Assembly: GCA_964188305.1 (NCBI GenBank) | Contig: OZ076885.1 | DNA from: Podarcis bocagei | Taxonomy: Eukaryota | DNA length: 64,000 bases | Reading direction: 5' to 3' (one strand) | Shown here: in pieces, positions 25,693 to 39,245 of the stretch | Layout of the letters: each line of letters starts with the position of its first letter | Position numbering within the stretch: the first letter of the stretch is position 1 | Notes under the pieces: model-generated | Seen by the model: the letters and a program-made list of their open reading frames with translations, nothing else | What the model was told of the DNA's origin: nothing | Databases searched by the model: none | Made by a program: the position numbers and the translations under genes

Positions 25693-27480
25693 GAGAAGGA
25701 TAAGAGATTGTAGGCTTCTTTATATACATATGGGCCTCTTTATATACATTAAAATAGTAGCCTGTGTAATTGTAGGGAATGGATGGGAGTTGATTTGGCT
25801 TTGTTTAGTCTTTCCAGAGGAAACACTTTCCCCAAGCTTTGAGGAGACTATAAACTCTTAGCTTGGAAAAATGAATATGAATGATTGTAAACAACTTACT
25901 TTTTTAAAACAAAGTGTGTTTCTTGGTTTTGTGCCCCTTTAGTACTTTTCTGTTTTAAGTTACTGTACAAGAAAAGCTATTTTTGTTAGCTGGTGCATGT
26001 TCTGCATATAGCAGCAATAGCCCTCAGGCAACTGAAAGCAAAATGCTTACATGTGTTTGTCGCAGACCAACCCGATTGTATTTTCAGCTTTATTTGTGTT
26101 AATGAGAAATAACTCCATTAACACCAGTGAAGTAAGTGAGAGCAAGGTAAGCAAAAGCAGAATTTTCTCGTCAAATTTTCTTGTCAAAATAGACAGGGAC
26201 AGGTGTGTATGTCAGGGGAGAGGGATTGTAATGTATAAATCTTACAGAATGCATTTTTGTTGTTCTTCAGCCAGGAAGCGTTTATGTAAAAATGCTCTGT
26301 AGCCCTGCCAAACTAATTCAGTTGCTTGGAGCTTGTATTCCCCAAAGAAGTGCAATACAGAGGACCCTACAGGAAATGACACCTGTCCACTATCCTTCTA
26401 AGGGCAAGAGGCATAAATCCTGATCAGGGGAAATGCTTACCTTAAACCTTGTTTGATTGACACGTACTGACTTGTCATATCAATCCAGCTGTTAAGACAC
26501 TTGTCATTTTTGTCAGGTCGAGCTGCGTTACATATGCTGGCCTTACTGCTTTGAGGAACGGAGCCACCTGAATAAGCAAGGCACTGAATGCATATTACAA
26601 AATGTACCTGGCATTTTGTCTTACAAGGACAGCAGATTCCAGAGTCTTTAAAAGAAAAGGGAACAGGATTGGGCTTCCTGGTAGGTCTAGAGTAGCTCTC
26701 TGCTTTCTGAACCATGATTGTTTTCGGAAGAAAGGATTACTCATGTTGCATTAAAAATATAAATAGTGTTGAAAGGGATACCAAGGGTCATGTAGCCCAA
26801 TGCAGGGGGTACAGGCCGTTTGTATTACCTATAGAGCAGGTGTGGTGGAACCTCAGAGCTGAAGGCAAAATGCAGCCCTTCAGGTCCACACCCCAGTCCC
26901 AGTCCATACCCCACCGGCCGTGTTTTGCATACTCTATGGATGTTTTTGCCTGGTTCAAATATGCCCTTCCATTCTAAAATGCTTCTTGCTTGCCTTGATG
27001 GAGGATAGAAAGGGCTGTGCATGGAAAGTAGCCTACAGTATAAAGGTAGAATTAGTTATCATCTTTTTTTCTGCCCACCTTTGCTTCTGGCTGCACCCAC
27101 CACTTCCATATGTGTCCAGAAAGTAGCCCACAGGAAATGTGGCCCTGGCACTGGGGGAAAAAGTGCATAGGTTTCTGGTATGGCCTATCCTAAACATTAG
27201 ATTATCAGATTACCCAACTGGATGGGCACACACATACAGCGCACCTTTCTACATTGGTATGGATAACCGTGTTGCTAGAATCAGCCATGCATAAGGCAGG
27301 CTCACCTTCTCTCAGGAAATGGCTCAGAAACCTTTGGTGTGCAGTCTTCTATTTTCTGACAAAACCTGGTGCTAGCCAGCTGGAAAGAGGCCTGCCAGCT
27401 CAACTCTTTCCAAGCAACTTGGAGGACAGCCCTTGATTCTCAAAGTTGAGGAAATCTGTGATAGCTGCAGTTGTCTAAGG

Positions 27481-27617
27481 CAGGCATCCCCAAACTCGGC
27501 CCTCCAGATGTTTTGGGACTACAACTCTCTTCATCCCTAGCTAGCCAGGACCAGTGGTCAGGGATGATGGGAACTGTAGTCCTAAAACATCTGGAGGGCC
27601 GAGTTTGGGGGTGCCTG
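27481..27617. mobile_element. hAT (Charlie-like) palindromic MITE
   Basis: CAGGCATCCCCAAACTCGGCCCTCCAGATGTTTT ... AAAACATCTGGAGGGCCGAGTTTGGGGGTGCCTG; perfect TSD GTCTAAGG. Confidence 0.92.
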
Positions 27618-28459
27618 GTCTAAGGGAAAAAGACCAGCATGCTATGGTGCTGTGCTTGCCTACCCACCTTTCCCTTTTACTATTGCTGCTTGCTTTCAGC
27701 CTCGTCTACAGGTTTTGTGATGTCTGGGACGTTACTGCATCTTCCTCAGCAGCTGGATTCCATCCAAATACAAGTCGGGATGGGGAATCTGTGCCCCTAA
27801 GACTAATTTCACGCAGCCATAATTTCATGTGGCTTGCAGAGATGGTATAGAGCAGAGAGAAAGATGCAGTGGGGTGTCACAGAGAAAGGAGGGGATGAGG
27901 TGTGTGAAGAGAGAGAAGGAATACAGTTCAATAATGTTGAAAACTCCACCCACTATCAGCTCTGGCTCCACTCACCTTATGGCTGCTGTCACTAACACTT
28001 CACAGGGAAAAGTATCCTCATCTCTGAATTAAAGCAGTGTCCTGTAACTGGCAAGCGTCATAAAGACCATGGAGTCTTCTTTATTTGCCCCAACAACCCC
28101 CAAATGAGCTTTGGTAATCCAGTGGATAAAGCATTCATGGGATAAAAGGCAAGGTTGTCCCTGGGCATGCCTCCTCCTGGTTCCCGCCTAAGAAGACCTT
28201 TACCTTGGCTATGCAGAAGAGAGGAGCGTTTCATTATTGAGAGGAGCTATAGTGTTGGCCTTGGGTAGGTTTTCAGTAATCCTGCAAGAGACTTGCATAT
28301 CTTCCTCATTGCATTGGGATCCTTGCCCCTACCTAATATTTGGGAAGTCTGTGGTGCTGGCAGGAGAAACTTGAAGCTGGCTCCAGCAATCCTAAGCCAG
28401 CCAAGATTGCTGCAGACATCAGTCTGGGCTTCACTGGAAGTGTTGAGGCAGAGGGAAGG

Positions 28460-28460
<1 letters not shown>

Positions 28461-28510
<50 letters not shown>

Positions 28511-28529
28511 TAAGAGTGTGTGTGTGTGT
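28461..28529. repeat. (TG)n microsatellite, interrupted
   Basis: Direct read; TCTAAGAG interruption duplicated. Confidence 0.97.
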
Positions 28530-29098
28530 CTAAGAGAAAGATGGGGGAGAGAAGATACTTGTTTGTATGCATGTTTGTGTATGGGTGTGTCTGACTATGA
28601 CCACCAACCACCACTACATGTGGCCCTGAGAGCCAAAAGGTTTGCTCATCCTAGTTGAAAACAATAACCTTTTCTCCAAGTGAAAAACTAGTGAAATTTA
28701 CACTGGCCTTATTAGGAAGCAGTGTTGGGTCAAGAGCTGGTGTAATAGAAAGAGAAGAATGCACAAACTGAGCAGACCAACTACAGTATGAAGAAGTCTG
28801 GAGGCTGGGAAAATCAAGAGAGAAAACCAGAAAGAATTATTCATGACTGTAGGAAATAGTTATTAGGGGAGAGTAGAAGGTACTTTAACAGAGTCCTTGC
28901 TGCCCGTGGTGTACAGACTCATTCATTTTGTTCCATGTGTTCTGTAGCCAAAAAGGTTTTCAAAGCAGTACAAATCCCTGCAAAATATGTTCACAAGAAA
29001 CGATAGTGGGGTGAGTATGTTTATCATTGGCAAGAACACTGCTGTCCTTCTGTGTTCAGCACTCTCTGGAGAAAAGAAAACAAGCACCCTGCCCCTGA

Positions 29099-29403
29099 GG
29101 GCGAGCCTGAGGCATTTTGCTGCCTGAAGCAAGGGCAAGTTAGTGCTCCCTCCCTCCTGTTTTTTGTATGGAAGTTGGCTGGAATGGAAGTTAAACCACA
29201 CTTCAATACCAGCAATAGGTTGGCATGCTGCAGCACACTTGAGGGCATAAGACTAGAGAGTGCAGTACAAGCCCTGTGGCACTCACAGCTCTATCGTGGG
29301 CTCAGGAGAAACACCCTGGGGGGGGGAGTTTCCACTGCCCCCTTCCCACACCTGATTGTCTGAGGCAGGCTCCTCACTCTGCCTAAGGATAGGGCCATTC
29401 CTG
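29099..29403. mobile_element. Decayed hAT (Tip100-like) element
   Basis: GGGCGAGCCTGAGGCATTTTGCTGCCTGAAGC ... TGCCTAAGGATAGGGCCATTCCTG. Confidence 0.4.
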
Positions 29404-30464
29404 CTGTCTGCATCCAAGCAAGGCTGAACTTGGCCTCTTTCTAACGATTGATGGCATAATTATTCAGACACCCTCTGTCTTTGCATGAGCTCCTGGTTCA
29501 AATCCAATGCCTTCTATGCCTAAGTGTGCTCTGAGCTCCTGTAAAAAAGACTGCATGCACCAGACAATCACTCATTTCTCTCCATCTGCGGGCAACTTCC
29601 ATTATGTACTTTCATATAAAATTTGATAAATGAAAAGATTGAATAGGTAATCATTAATGCCGTGCACTTGCATAGATAAGGATTAAAGTAAGAAAGCATG
29701 AAGTCATTCATTTTGAGCTGCCAAGATTATTTTTATGGGTTTGAATTAGAATCAGGATATTTAGAGTAAGAAGACCCTATCCTGCGGTGATTATTGAGAG
29801 AAATTTATACAGGGTGGCAGCAATTTATCTTCGGAAAACCACAAGGGAATAAAGTTAGGTGCACATTTAACCTTTTGATCTGTAAATTATCTGTGTGGTC
29901 CTGAGCATCTTTCCCCAGAAGTAAGCATCATGGATTTGAAAGATTCTTATGTTTTAGCATGCTTAAGATTATAACTTTCGTAATGCTTTCACATTATTTA
30001 TGCAGTAGTAAATATATTTTAAATGATGTTTTTAAAATGATGTTTGGAAAAGTGAGTCTTTACAGATGCAAAATAATAAGAGTGGCTTGTGCGTGTAGGT
30101 CCGTGTGTGAGCCAGAGCAGCATCATGCAAAAGTGGATTAGGACACAAAGATGTCTTATTGGATCTCTCAGTGTTTTTGGTGGTAACTCCAGATTTGATC
30201 AGAGCTATGACTTTGGGATAGGGTTGTTTAGATCTCTCTCCTAATACGTTATTTTCCTCTAGTCTAAATTGCCCCTGAAGCTGTTAGTAGGGCTAGCAGC
30301 AGTTTAGGGCAAGTTGAAGTGGGAAAAGGTATTAAACAAAGGGTTTGCTGCAAATTCAAGTAAACTTCCAAGCCACAAGTGAGAAGAGTACAGATTACTG
30401 AGTTGCTTGACCCAACAGTTTGACTTGGTTTAAGGCAGCTCCCTTTGTTCCTGAGTCCCTAGCA

Positions 30465-30580
30465 CAGGCATCCCCAACCTTCAGCCCTCCAGATGTTTTG
30501 AACTACAATTCCCATCATCCCTGACCACTGGTCCTGTTGTAGGCTAAAACATCTGGAGGGCTGCAGGTTGGGGATGTCTG
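30465..30580. mobile_element. hAT MITE, same family as 27481-27617, internally deleted
   Basis: CAGGCATCCCCAACCT ... AGGTTGGGGATGTCTG; TSD CCCTAGCA vs CATTAGCA. Confidence 0.85.
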
Positions 30581-30592
30581 CATTAGCATATT

Positions 30593-30944
30593 CATCATCA
30601 ACAACCTTTATTGGGTCCAGAGGCCCAACAAATCGTTACAAAGCAATACACAATTCATACAGCCTACCTCCAGGTTAAACAAGCATTTTGTTCAGAATAT
30701 AGCGATCATTGGTTCTTGCAACCACCAATAAAAACTTTGCCACTGCTAATGTTCTAGTGTTTGTCCGGTTTTCCTGACATAGTGAGCCTCTGATTTTCCC
30801 GGGAAAGGTACCAGCAAGGGTAATATCAGTTCAGCCATGGCTTGCTCATATTTTGCACAGTGCAACAAAATATGTTTTATGGAATTGATGTCTTGAGCAC
30901 ACAAGCAAAGTCTGTCCTGGTAGGGAACTCCTCTCAACCTGCCA
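30593..30944 (-). mobile_element. 5'-truncated RTE-X-like LINE 3' end
   Basis: Encodes GRLRGVPYQDRLCLCAQDINSIKHILLHCAKY (C-terminal CCHC knuckle), then AATAAA and a short (GTT/GAT) tail; perfect 14-bp TSD TGCATTAGCATATT (30579-30592 and 30945-30958). Confidence 0.75.
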
Positions 30945-30990
30945 TGCATTAGCATATTAGAGAAGGGCTCTAGTTGAGCCTAATCCATGA

Positions 30991-31308
30991 CATATAATCA
31001 TAGAATGGTAGACTTGGAGGGGACCCTGAGGGTCATCTGGTCCAAATCCCCGCAGTGCAGGAATCTCCATGACAAATGGCCACCAACCTCTGCTTAAAAA
31101 CCTCCAATGAAGGAGAGTCCACACTATCTCTCATGGAAGTTTGTTCCATTGCTGAACAGATCTTACAGTCAGAAAGTTCTTCCTGACGTTTACTCGGAGT
31201 CTCCTTCTTTGGCACTTGGAGCCATTGGTTGGGCTCCTACCCTCCAGAGCAGAAGAAATAAGCTTGCACCATCTTCCATGTGACAGCCCTTTAGATATTG
31301 GAAGATAG
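30991..31308 (-). mobile_element. CR1 LINE 3' end
   Basis: Translates ..NGSKCQRRRLRVNVRKNFLTVRSVQQWNKLP..VDSPSLEVFKQRL; (ATTCTATG)-type tail. Confidence 0.92.
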
Positions 31309-33767
31309 GAGGAACATCCAGTCACATGATCCACCCTATCTCCATTCTGATGCATGTCAGTTTGAGATTTACTCTCTTCTCCCCCTGTGAGCACTAAGCA
31401 TTAAATGTAAGATAAACTGGTGTTTGGGCATCTATCACACTGTTACGCTATATGCATTTAGCAGATTGAAGTGCATTATGTCCTGTGGCATGAACCTGAA
31501 AATGATTGTGTTTAAACCGATGCCAGCTTCTGACAAGGATGCCGTGCTTTCTAAAAATCTCTTTGAAATAACATCTGAAAAGTTGCCTGTGTTCCTTGAA
31601 GTGTAGTTAATAGCCATTACATTTTCTTGACAGTACTGTTCAAGATAATGTGGGAGCTCTATTATTCAGAGCTAGTTATCTATCATTTACCAGTTAAAAA
31701 AAACCACACACACCCCAAAAGCCCAACAACAGAAAATGATAAATGAACATATTCCCCAAATGGTATTTGAAAACATTTGATTTGATTTGTTGGTGACATG
31801 GAAGAACAAAGATGCAATGGAAAGATTACTGCTGCTGATGTTCAATTCACAACTGCCTACAGATTTATGCATGTTCCTTTCTTATCAAAGGAATGCTGTT
31901 GAAATGCAGGTGTGGTTTGTGTTGCTTTCAGAGGCAGCCATGACAATTCTGCAAGGTTTAGGTTTGCTTAGAAATGGATATGTGGAATTAGTGCTCATAT
32001 TAAGCTATTCAATAAAACCACATGGGCCTGCAGTAGTAAGCTCTTTCCGATTGAAATTTTATGCAAATACCTGTATTTGCAGTGTGCAAGAGATGAAGGA
32101 AACCACCTTTGAATATTTTTGTTCAGCTTGTGTAAAATGATAGCTCTGTGCAGAAAATGCATCTGCAGCTTTGTGGCACCAGAAGAAACAGATGAATGGC
32201 TCTGGGGACAAAAGTATGTGCATTAGGGGAAAGAAGAAGAAGAAGGTGATGATGATTATTGTAAACACATGCAGAAGCTATCTTCATAGTTTTGCCTTTA
32301 GGAAGGCATCATCTAAGAAGATAAAATGAGAAACAACCAGAGACCATCTCCAACAGAAGACTGCACAAGCACAGTAAATTTCTGGTGTCCTCTGTTGCCC
32401 CTCAAACATGATAGCATCTGGGATGATCTGCATGGTATTCACCTGTGCAGAACACAAGGTCTGCACCTAGGTTGATATATACAAGACTCCCTTTAAACAC
32501 TTCTGTCACTTATCAAAACCACACCCCTGTTTTCCAGGGTTTGTGAATTGGATCCCACGCTGCTAGGTGATTGCATGTGTGTTTGAGAAAGTGGGGCATT
32601 TTTATAATTATTCAATAAACTGAGGTGATAGGTCATGGAACAGTAAGGAAGAAGAGGAAAGGTGGAGGGATCTCTCTCTCTATATATATATCAATCATCT
32701 ATCTATTGCACAATAGAGAGAGTTAAAACTTACATATCAGTTTTCCTCCAAAGAGCTCAGAGTGCCTCCTCCAGCATTTCCAAGGAGTGTTTTCCAGTGG
32801 AGACTGATCTTGCTTACAACCAGTCCAGGGATTGGCCCTGGCTGTCATCTGTCAAGTGTTGCCCTTATGTGTTGCATCAGAAAGGAGGATAGGGACAAAA
32901 ACTAGAAATGGATCTCCTTGTCTGCCATTGGCTCTGGCTCCAGCTACTATTGATCTCCCTGCGTTCTGCCTTACCAGTCGCAGTGGACACCAGCCGCCAC
33001 CAGGTCCTATTCAGGCAACTACCAGAGCTAAACCAGCCTAGCCTCAACTGTAGGGTGAATCTGGGCAGTCACCAACTACCGGTAAATGTGATTACAATGT
33101 GCTGATACCTTAATTTTTGTTGTTGTTGGCAAATCTCTTATGAATGGGAAAGCAAATTTCTGAAGCAGGGGTTCGCCTACTGGAACCCTACTTAGGTGGC
33201 GGGGACATGCAAATAAGACAAAGGTGATGCGCCCGAGCTCATGTAACCTGGCTGTGCACCCCTCCCTCTCTTAAATGATTTGCTTTGCATGTAAGGCGTG
33301 AACACCCAAACAGGGCTGAGCTCTTTATCATGTGTTTTCTGAACCAATCTAATTGCCACTGGCAACACAGAATATCCTTCAACTTCTTTTGACAGTTAAA
33401 TAAGCTCATCAGTTGAATGGGTGGCAGGGATTTAACAAGTCTCCTGGCTCTAGTAATTCTGTGCTTCCCTTGTCTTCAGGATCATTGTACTTACTTGTCA
33501 AATGCCAAGAAAGGTCTGGAAACTCTTGTAGCAGCCAGCCTTGAGAATTGTTATAATTATTACATATTTATTCACACCCCGCTAAATAATTTATACCCTG
33601 ACAGGGACTCAAGGTGGCTTACAGATAAAATAAGAACATGGAAACGGGAGTTCCAATGTCTTTTTGTGTCTCTTGTAGGTCTGGCACCAGTCTGTTGATG
33701 CAAAGTGTGTTCTAGAATTAAAAGCAGCACTAGTGCTTAAAAGCATTTTCCAGTTGGAGTTACTCAT

Positions 33768-33970
33768 TTTTATTTATCACATCTATGTGCCACGTTTTGC
33801 CTCAGCTAAAGGTGGTGTACATTGTTCTTCCCTCTCAATTTCATCCTTGCCACAGCCCTGTGAGGTAGGTTAGGTTAAGAGACTAGCCAAAGGTGAGCTC
33901 TACAAGGGGGCTTCATGGCTGGGTGGCGATTCTTGCAGCGCAAGGTTGTCCCCTGTTTATACCACTAACC
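33768..33970 (-). mobile_element. Old MIR/Squam3A-like SINE
   Basis: CATCCTTGCCACAGCCCTGTGAGGTAGGTTAGG..CTTCATGGCTG core. Confidence 0.6.
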
Positions 33971-34261
33971 TTAGAATTGAAAACAGTGCCTCTCTCTTAC
34001 TTCAGAATGACTCTTCTACCTTTTTTTGACCCTTTTTAGTACCATGGATGTCAGCTGGGATTTTTGTTTTATGTCAGTGTTCTTTTTTAAAAATTCAACT
34101 GTAAAAATTCAGTAGAATGTGCAAATCGATCAAAGGAGAATTTTTTTTAAAAAAGCATAACTGTAACTTCAGTGTTTGAAGTTAATACAGATGCTAACTT
34201 CCTGCTGTGGTCTGTGGGAGAGTTTCTCCTGCAAGTTGCAGAGATCTCAGAAGCCACAGTA

Positions 34262-34500
34262 ACTTGGAGCAGGACTTTTAGTGTGGCTGCCTCTGTTCTG
34301 TGGAACAGCATTACTGATGATCTACGACAGGCACCCACTATCAGCTCTTTCCGGGGGGAAACCTGAAGACATTTTTGTTTCAACAGGCTTTCTCGGCTGG
34401 ATAAATGTGTCTTTGTCACAAATGCCTAGTTTTCGTCTTGTATCAAATGTATTTGCTGTTTTTGTGTGTGTGTGTTTTTAAACTGTTTTTAATCGTCTGA
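34262..34500 (+). mobile_element. L2 LINE ORF2 C-terminus fragment
   Basis: SRTFSVAASVLWNSITDDLRQAPTISSFR..LKTFLFQQAF. Confidence 0.75.
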
Positions 34501-35010
34501 TGTGTAAATGAGTGAACTGACCTCTTGGTTCTTCAGCTGAAAGTGCAGACAAGTCAATAGTGAGTCTTTTCCCCTTTTGTTCAAATGCTGTACTGCGCAA
34601 ACCCAAGAGAAAGGCACGTCTGCTCCTGGAAGAGAACTGTCAGTTAACATTCTGCCCACCACAGTAGCTGCTGCTCTTGTGCTCTTGGAGATTTACAGCC
34701 ACAAATTTATGACTGAGCCTGAAGTCTCAGCTCCCTAGTTTTTCTTTTTTTTCCCTTTCCCCCTGCCTTCCCTCATTTCTCAACTTCTCTTTGCCCTTTA
34801 CACACACACAGAGAGAATTCTTGGCTGAAGGAGAAAACATACCATCCCCCAAAAGAAGAAAGACATTTTAGCAGTAGAACTTTTAATTTGTCCCTTTCTT
34901 GCCTTCACCCCAGCCAGAGTGAAAACAGGAATCGAATGCTGACTGACTTAGTCATGTTCATTAATTTCAGTTTGTCTTCTCTGAGTAAAACTTCACCACC
35001 CAAGTTCTTT

Positions 35011-35166
35011 GGATAGATAGCTCAGTTGGTTAGAGCGAGGTGCTGATAATGCCAAGGTTGCAGGTTTGATCCCTGTATGGGACAGCTGCATATTCCTGCA
35101 TTGCTGGAGGAATGCAGGTTGGACTAGATGATCCTCGGGGTCCCTTCCAACTCTACAATTCTGTGA
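35011..35166 (+). mobile_element. tRNA-Ile-derived SINE with CR1 tail
   Basis: TAGCTCAGTTGGTTAGAGCGAGGTGCTGATAATGCCAAGGTTGCAGGTTTGATCCC, then GGTTGGACTAGATGATCCTCGGGGTCCCTTCCAACTCTACAATTCTGTGA. Confidence 0.85.
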
Positions 35167-37548
35167 ACTTGATTTCTCATCATTTGGTGCTGACTGTTGA
35201 ATGAGCTTTTCTTTGAAGTATTGTGTGTGCTGATATTAAATTTCTCTGTTGGCTCACATGCAAACCACCACCTGATTCTGCAGTCATCAGTAAAGCCTGA
35301 GTTGACTGAAACTCTGCAACACCCTGAGACTACTGTATTTGTGTAATTTGGATTTACTTTGAGTGAAATGTGCTACAGTGGTACAGCACATTTAACTGGA
35401 GGAAGCACAAGCCCACTATCATTTATTCAGGAGAATCCCCAGTGGTTCCCACCAAACATAGATCTCAGAGTGACTGCAGAACAGAGGATTCCCCCTCAGG
35501 GACAAATGAGTCACATTAATGCATTCCTAATTAATCCTCTGGAATCAGTGTCGTATCTGATGGTCATATCTGATGCAGGTAACAGCTCTTATTCTGCTAT
35601 TGATTTATGTCTTAGAAGGAACAGATTCCCTTCAGCAAGCGTACCTTTGCCTTAATTGAAGTAATTACTCTTGTTTGCATTTTCTGAGAAATCCAAACCA
35701 GTTTCTTTCAGCAAGAACCTGGTTCCCTTTGCAAACACACAGATTAGTAGAATGCACTTTGTGACCATGCTGCACCTCTGTGGTGGGGAATTCACTTTCT
35801 CTAACTTATGACAGCTAGTACCTGTGCCCTTTGTTATTTACATTGCTTATGTTTTCATTTGGGCCCCTGCAAAAGTTATTTACAAATCCAAGCTGCTGCT
35901 TGGTGATAAATCCTAACCTTGCATCTCCATCGTCTGCAGTTGTTGGGGGGGGGGGTATGTCTAGGAATCTTGCCCATGTTCTTCCTTGTCAACATGCCCT
36001 GACCCTGTGGATCACTGTGGGAGCTATCTCTTTTTCTTCAGTTCTAGTTAGCATTCCTCCTTGCCTCACATTCCCATTTAACAGACAAATGCATCAATTT
36101 CCTTTTGCTGTTCGTTACTTGCACCTCCAGGATTGGATTCAAAGGTGTCTTTTGTGAGTAGAAGAGCACTACCACTTGTTAAAGGCAGCCTGGTTGATTT
36201 CTCTCTCCACTACAGCTCACCTGCGTCCCATCTAATGCTGTTCTGGAGGGTCCACTTACCATCAGAAGAAGCTTCTGGGAACACAGTGGGTTATATAGTG
36301 GGTGACGGAACCAAAAAAGTTCTACTGCAGAAGCAAAGGTTGATTTGCTGTTCTCTGGCTCTTTGCTGAGACTACCAGTTCAGGAGTTTCTGGCAAGACA
36401 TAACCAGACATATTAATTGGGAACATGTAGAGGGAAATGTTGTTCTGGGCCATTTATTGCCGCCTATGTTTAAAGTTTCTAAAAAATTTACCCAAATGAC
36501 CAGATCTTTCCCAGCTTGACTCTTCAGATTATTCTGTAAATCCAAAGTGTCAGGTTCCATGTGAATAAAATAGTAGAGTGTGATTGCCTCAAAGTCATAT
36601 GGGTTGTTGCCATCACCAATCCACATATAATACAAATCCATCCACACCATTCAAAATAATTTTAAAGTCAAATTCCTGTTGTCCAACTTAAATAATGCAT
36701 TTCAGGAGATAAATATGCAAGATTCCTGTATGAAGCGTTCTCCCTACTCCCCACCCCACCCCAAAAAACCACTGCTACCATTGAAGGCATGCATCTGGGG
36801 TTGGGGCTGGGGACTGCCCCATCTGAAAGAAGTGAAATAATAATTGTGTTGTTCTTTGATTGTCTAAATGCATGCTTCTATAGGAAATCAATTTATCATT
36901 GTGGAAGCAGGAAAAAAATCTTTTAATCTTGCCGAATAGTGCATTTCCCAGCTTGAAAAAAACTTCCCATAACATTTGTTTGGGTTAAAGATTGCATCAA
37001 TAGCACATGGAATCAACTGGCAGGTAACAGGTTTTTAAATGTCACGGCCTCAAAAATGACCCAGATTAGGCTTGCCTGAACTCATTAGAATCAATGCGTT
37101 TGAAGCACAGCGAAATCAGTATAGGATTTTGGCTTCTGAATTTATTCCAAATGTTTGTGAATGGTTTCATAAAACAACTCTTCTGACTTCAACCAACTCT
37201 TTATTATAATAAAATAATATTTATTTATTATTTTATTTATTTTATTATTATTTTATTTATTACTTTATTATTTTATTATATTATCAGATAAAGGATATGC
37301 AAACAGACATTTTAACTCTATATATTGCTCAACAAGTCTCTTGCTAGCCACTGGTTAGTATATTGAATAGCTGGCATATCAGTCTGGAGTTCCATAGCTT
37401 GGTGCCCTCTATCATTGTAAACCTCCCTATGAACCTCAGATGAAAGATATTTAATAAACAAGGAGTGTAACAGTACTGGGTACTTGATAGCGGAGAGTGA
37501 ATTGGCTTTGTAAATTACCTGGTTCTGGAAGACACTAGTGTCATGTTT

Positions 37549-37795
37549 CAGGGAACCAGGCAGAGGGCCTTCTCGGTAGGGCTGCCCTCCCTGTGGAGTG
37601 CCCTCCCATTAGGGCAAGGAGATAAATAACTATACAACTTTTAGAAGATAACTGAAGGGAGCCCTGTATTGGGAGGTTTTCAATGTTTGATGCTTTATTA
37701 TGTTTTTATATGTGTTGGAAGCTGCCCAGAGTGGCTGGGGCAACCCAGCCAGATGGGTGGGATATAAATAAAATTATTATTATTATTATTATTAA
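37549..37795 (+). mobile_element. L2 LINE 3' end
   Basis: QRAFSVGLPSLWSALP..EINNYTTFRR.LKGALYWEVF, 3' stem-loop GCTGCCCAGAGTGGCTGGGGCAACCCAGCC, (ATT)n tail. Confidence 0.88.
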
Positions 37796-39049
37796 TTATT
37801 TATTTTATTTTATTTATTTTATTATTTTACAAGTTGTGCTTGGACAGGATAAAGCACTTCTAAATGCTGACATCTATCAGATACATTGTTAAGAGATCTA
37901 GATCTCTGTTCTAGCACTGTGATGAATAGCATGTTTATTTGCAAACTTTCTATCTTGCCCTTCATTGTAAACGATCGCAGGTGAGGTTGCAAAACTTAAC
38001 AAATTGGCATAGTCCAGTCAATTAAAGTTGGAACAAAATGCACCGTATTGTTTTGTACAAGTGTGTTGTTTTTTGGGGGGAGAGTGGAATGGAGAACATT
38101 GAAGAACCCTGCAGCCACACAAGTAGTTTGATGAAGGAAGGATATCTGAGACATTCCACAGCTTTTCTGTAGGTGATATGTAAGAGTAGGGAGACAAAGC
38201 AGAAAACTGTAGAAACAAAGGGACAGGCTTCCCATGTCTCTGTAAGCAATAGATGTGTTATTTCCATTTCTCAGAAACAGAACAAATGTGCCTTCGTACA
38301 TACTACCAATAATATGCAGTGTTCAGAAATGGCTACCCATGAGATTTAATGCAGCTGACCCTCAAGACTGGGTGTACTTTGTATATGGATTGAATATTAA
38401 TTAGTAGCAATGTGAACATCAAGGGTATGTGCTCTGCATAGTGCTAATAAATCTGTCAGTACCCCTCATCAGAGCTATACAAGTGCATTAGAAGACTAAT
38501 GACAGGACTCCACCATGCATGGCTGTTATCCCATTTGCTGATATTAAACAGAATGACGGGAGTACCTTTTGTAGGCCAGCCAGCTTGTAGGAGCAATATG
38601 CTTGCATCAGTGGCTCCCTCCCAATTTGGCTTGCACAGCAGGGGCTGTCATTCCATTCAAACAGCAGCTTCCCAAAACTTAATCTACAGCTGCTTCCAGC
38701 ATTCAGCTTCCAGTACAGAGGCAGCTTCTAGTATAACCAAGGAAAACATCTTTTTGAAAAACTCCTGCTGATTCTTTGGAGGCCTGAGGTTTTCGTCTTG
38801 AAATAGAACAGGGATGAATGAAAAATTACATGCGACTTAATCTGTTCCTTCCAGGGTTGTTATATTTCTCAACCTTCATTGTTAACTTAGAGCCATAATG
38901 ATATTTGTAGGATCCTATAATTGGAGGGAGTTGTGGCTACACATGCCCTTGTTGGTAATAGGAAGAGGATTCATATCTAAATCCTCAAGCTATTTTAGCC
39001 ATTAAATCCTACAATAAGCTATTTCAGTGGGTAAGTGGTACTATTGAAA

Positions 39050-39245
39050 GTCAGTGTGGCGTGCTTGTTGGACAAGGACCAGGAGATCCAGGTTCATATA
39101 AGGAAAGCTTATTGGGTGATCTTGGACCAATCAATACCTCTCAGCCTAACATACCTTACAGAATTATTATGAAGATAAGACAGGATAGATTAATGTATGC
39201 ACCCCTTTGCTCTTTGGTGGAGGAGTGGCATATAAATATAATACA
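39050..39245 (+). mobile_element. Old MIR/Squam3A-like SINE
   Basis: GGAGATCCAGGTTCA..GGGTGATCTTGGACCAATCA..CTCTCAGCCTAAC.TACCTTACAG. Confidence 0.65.

Noticed and set aside
35015-35085. Apparent tRNA-Ile(GAT) gene
   Set aside because: Acceptor stem broken, fused to a CR1 tail, and G34 Ile tRNAs are generally avoided in eukaryotes; it is a SINE head.
37892-37907. 16-bp palindrome AGAGATCTAGATCTCT, and the 14-bp tandem at 63573-63602
   Set aside because: Expected from chance or slippage in 64 kb; no supporting context.
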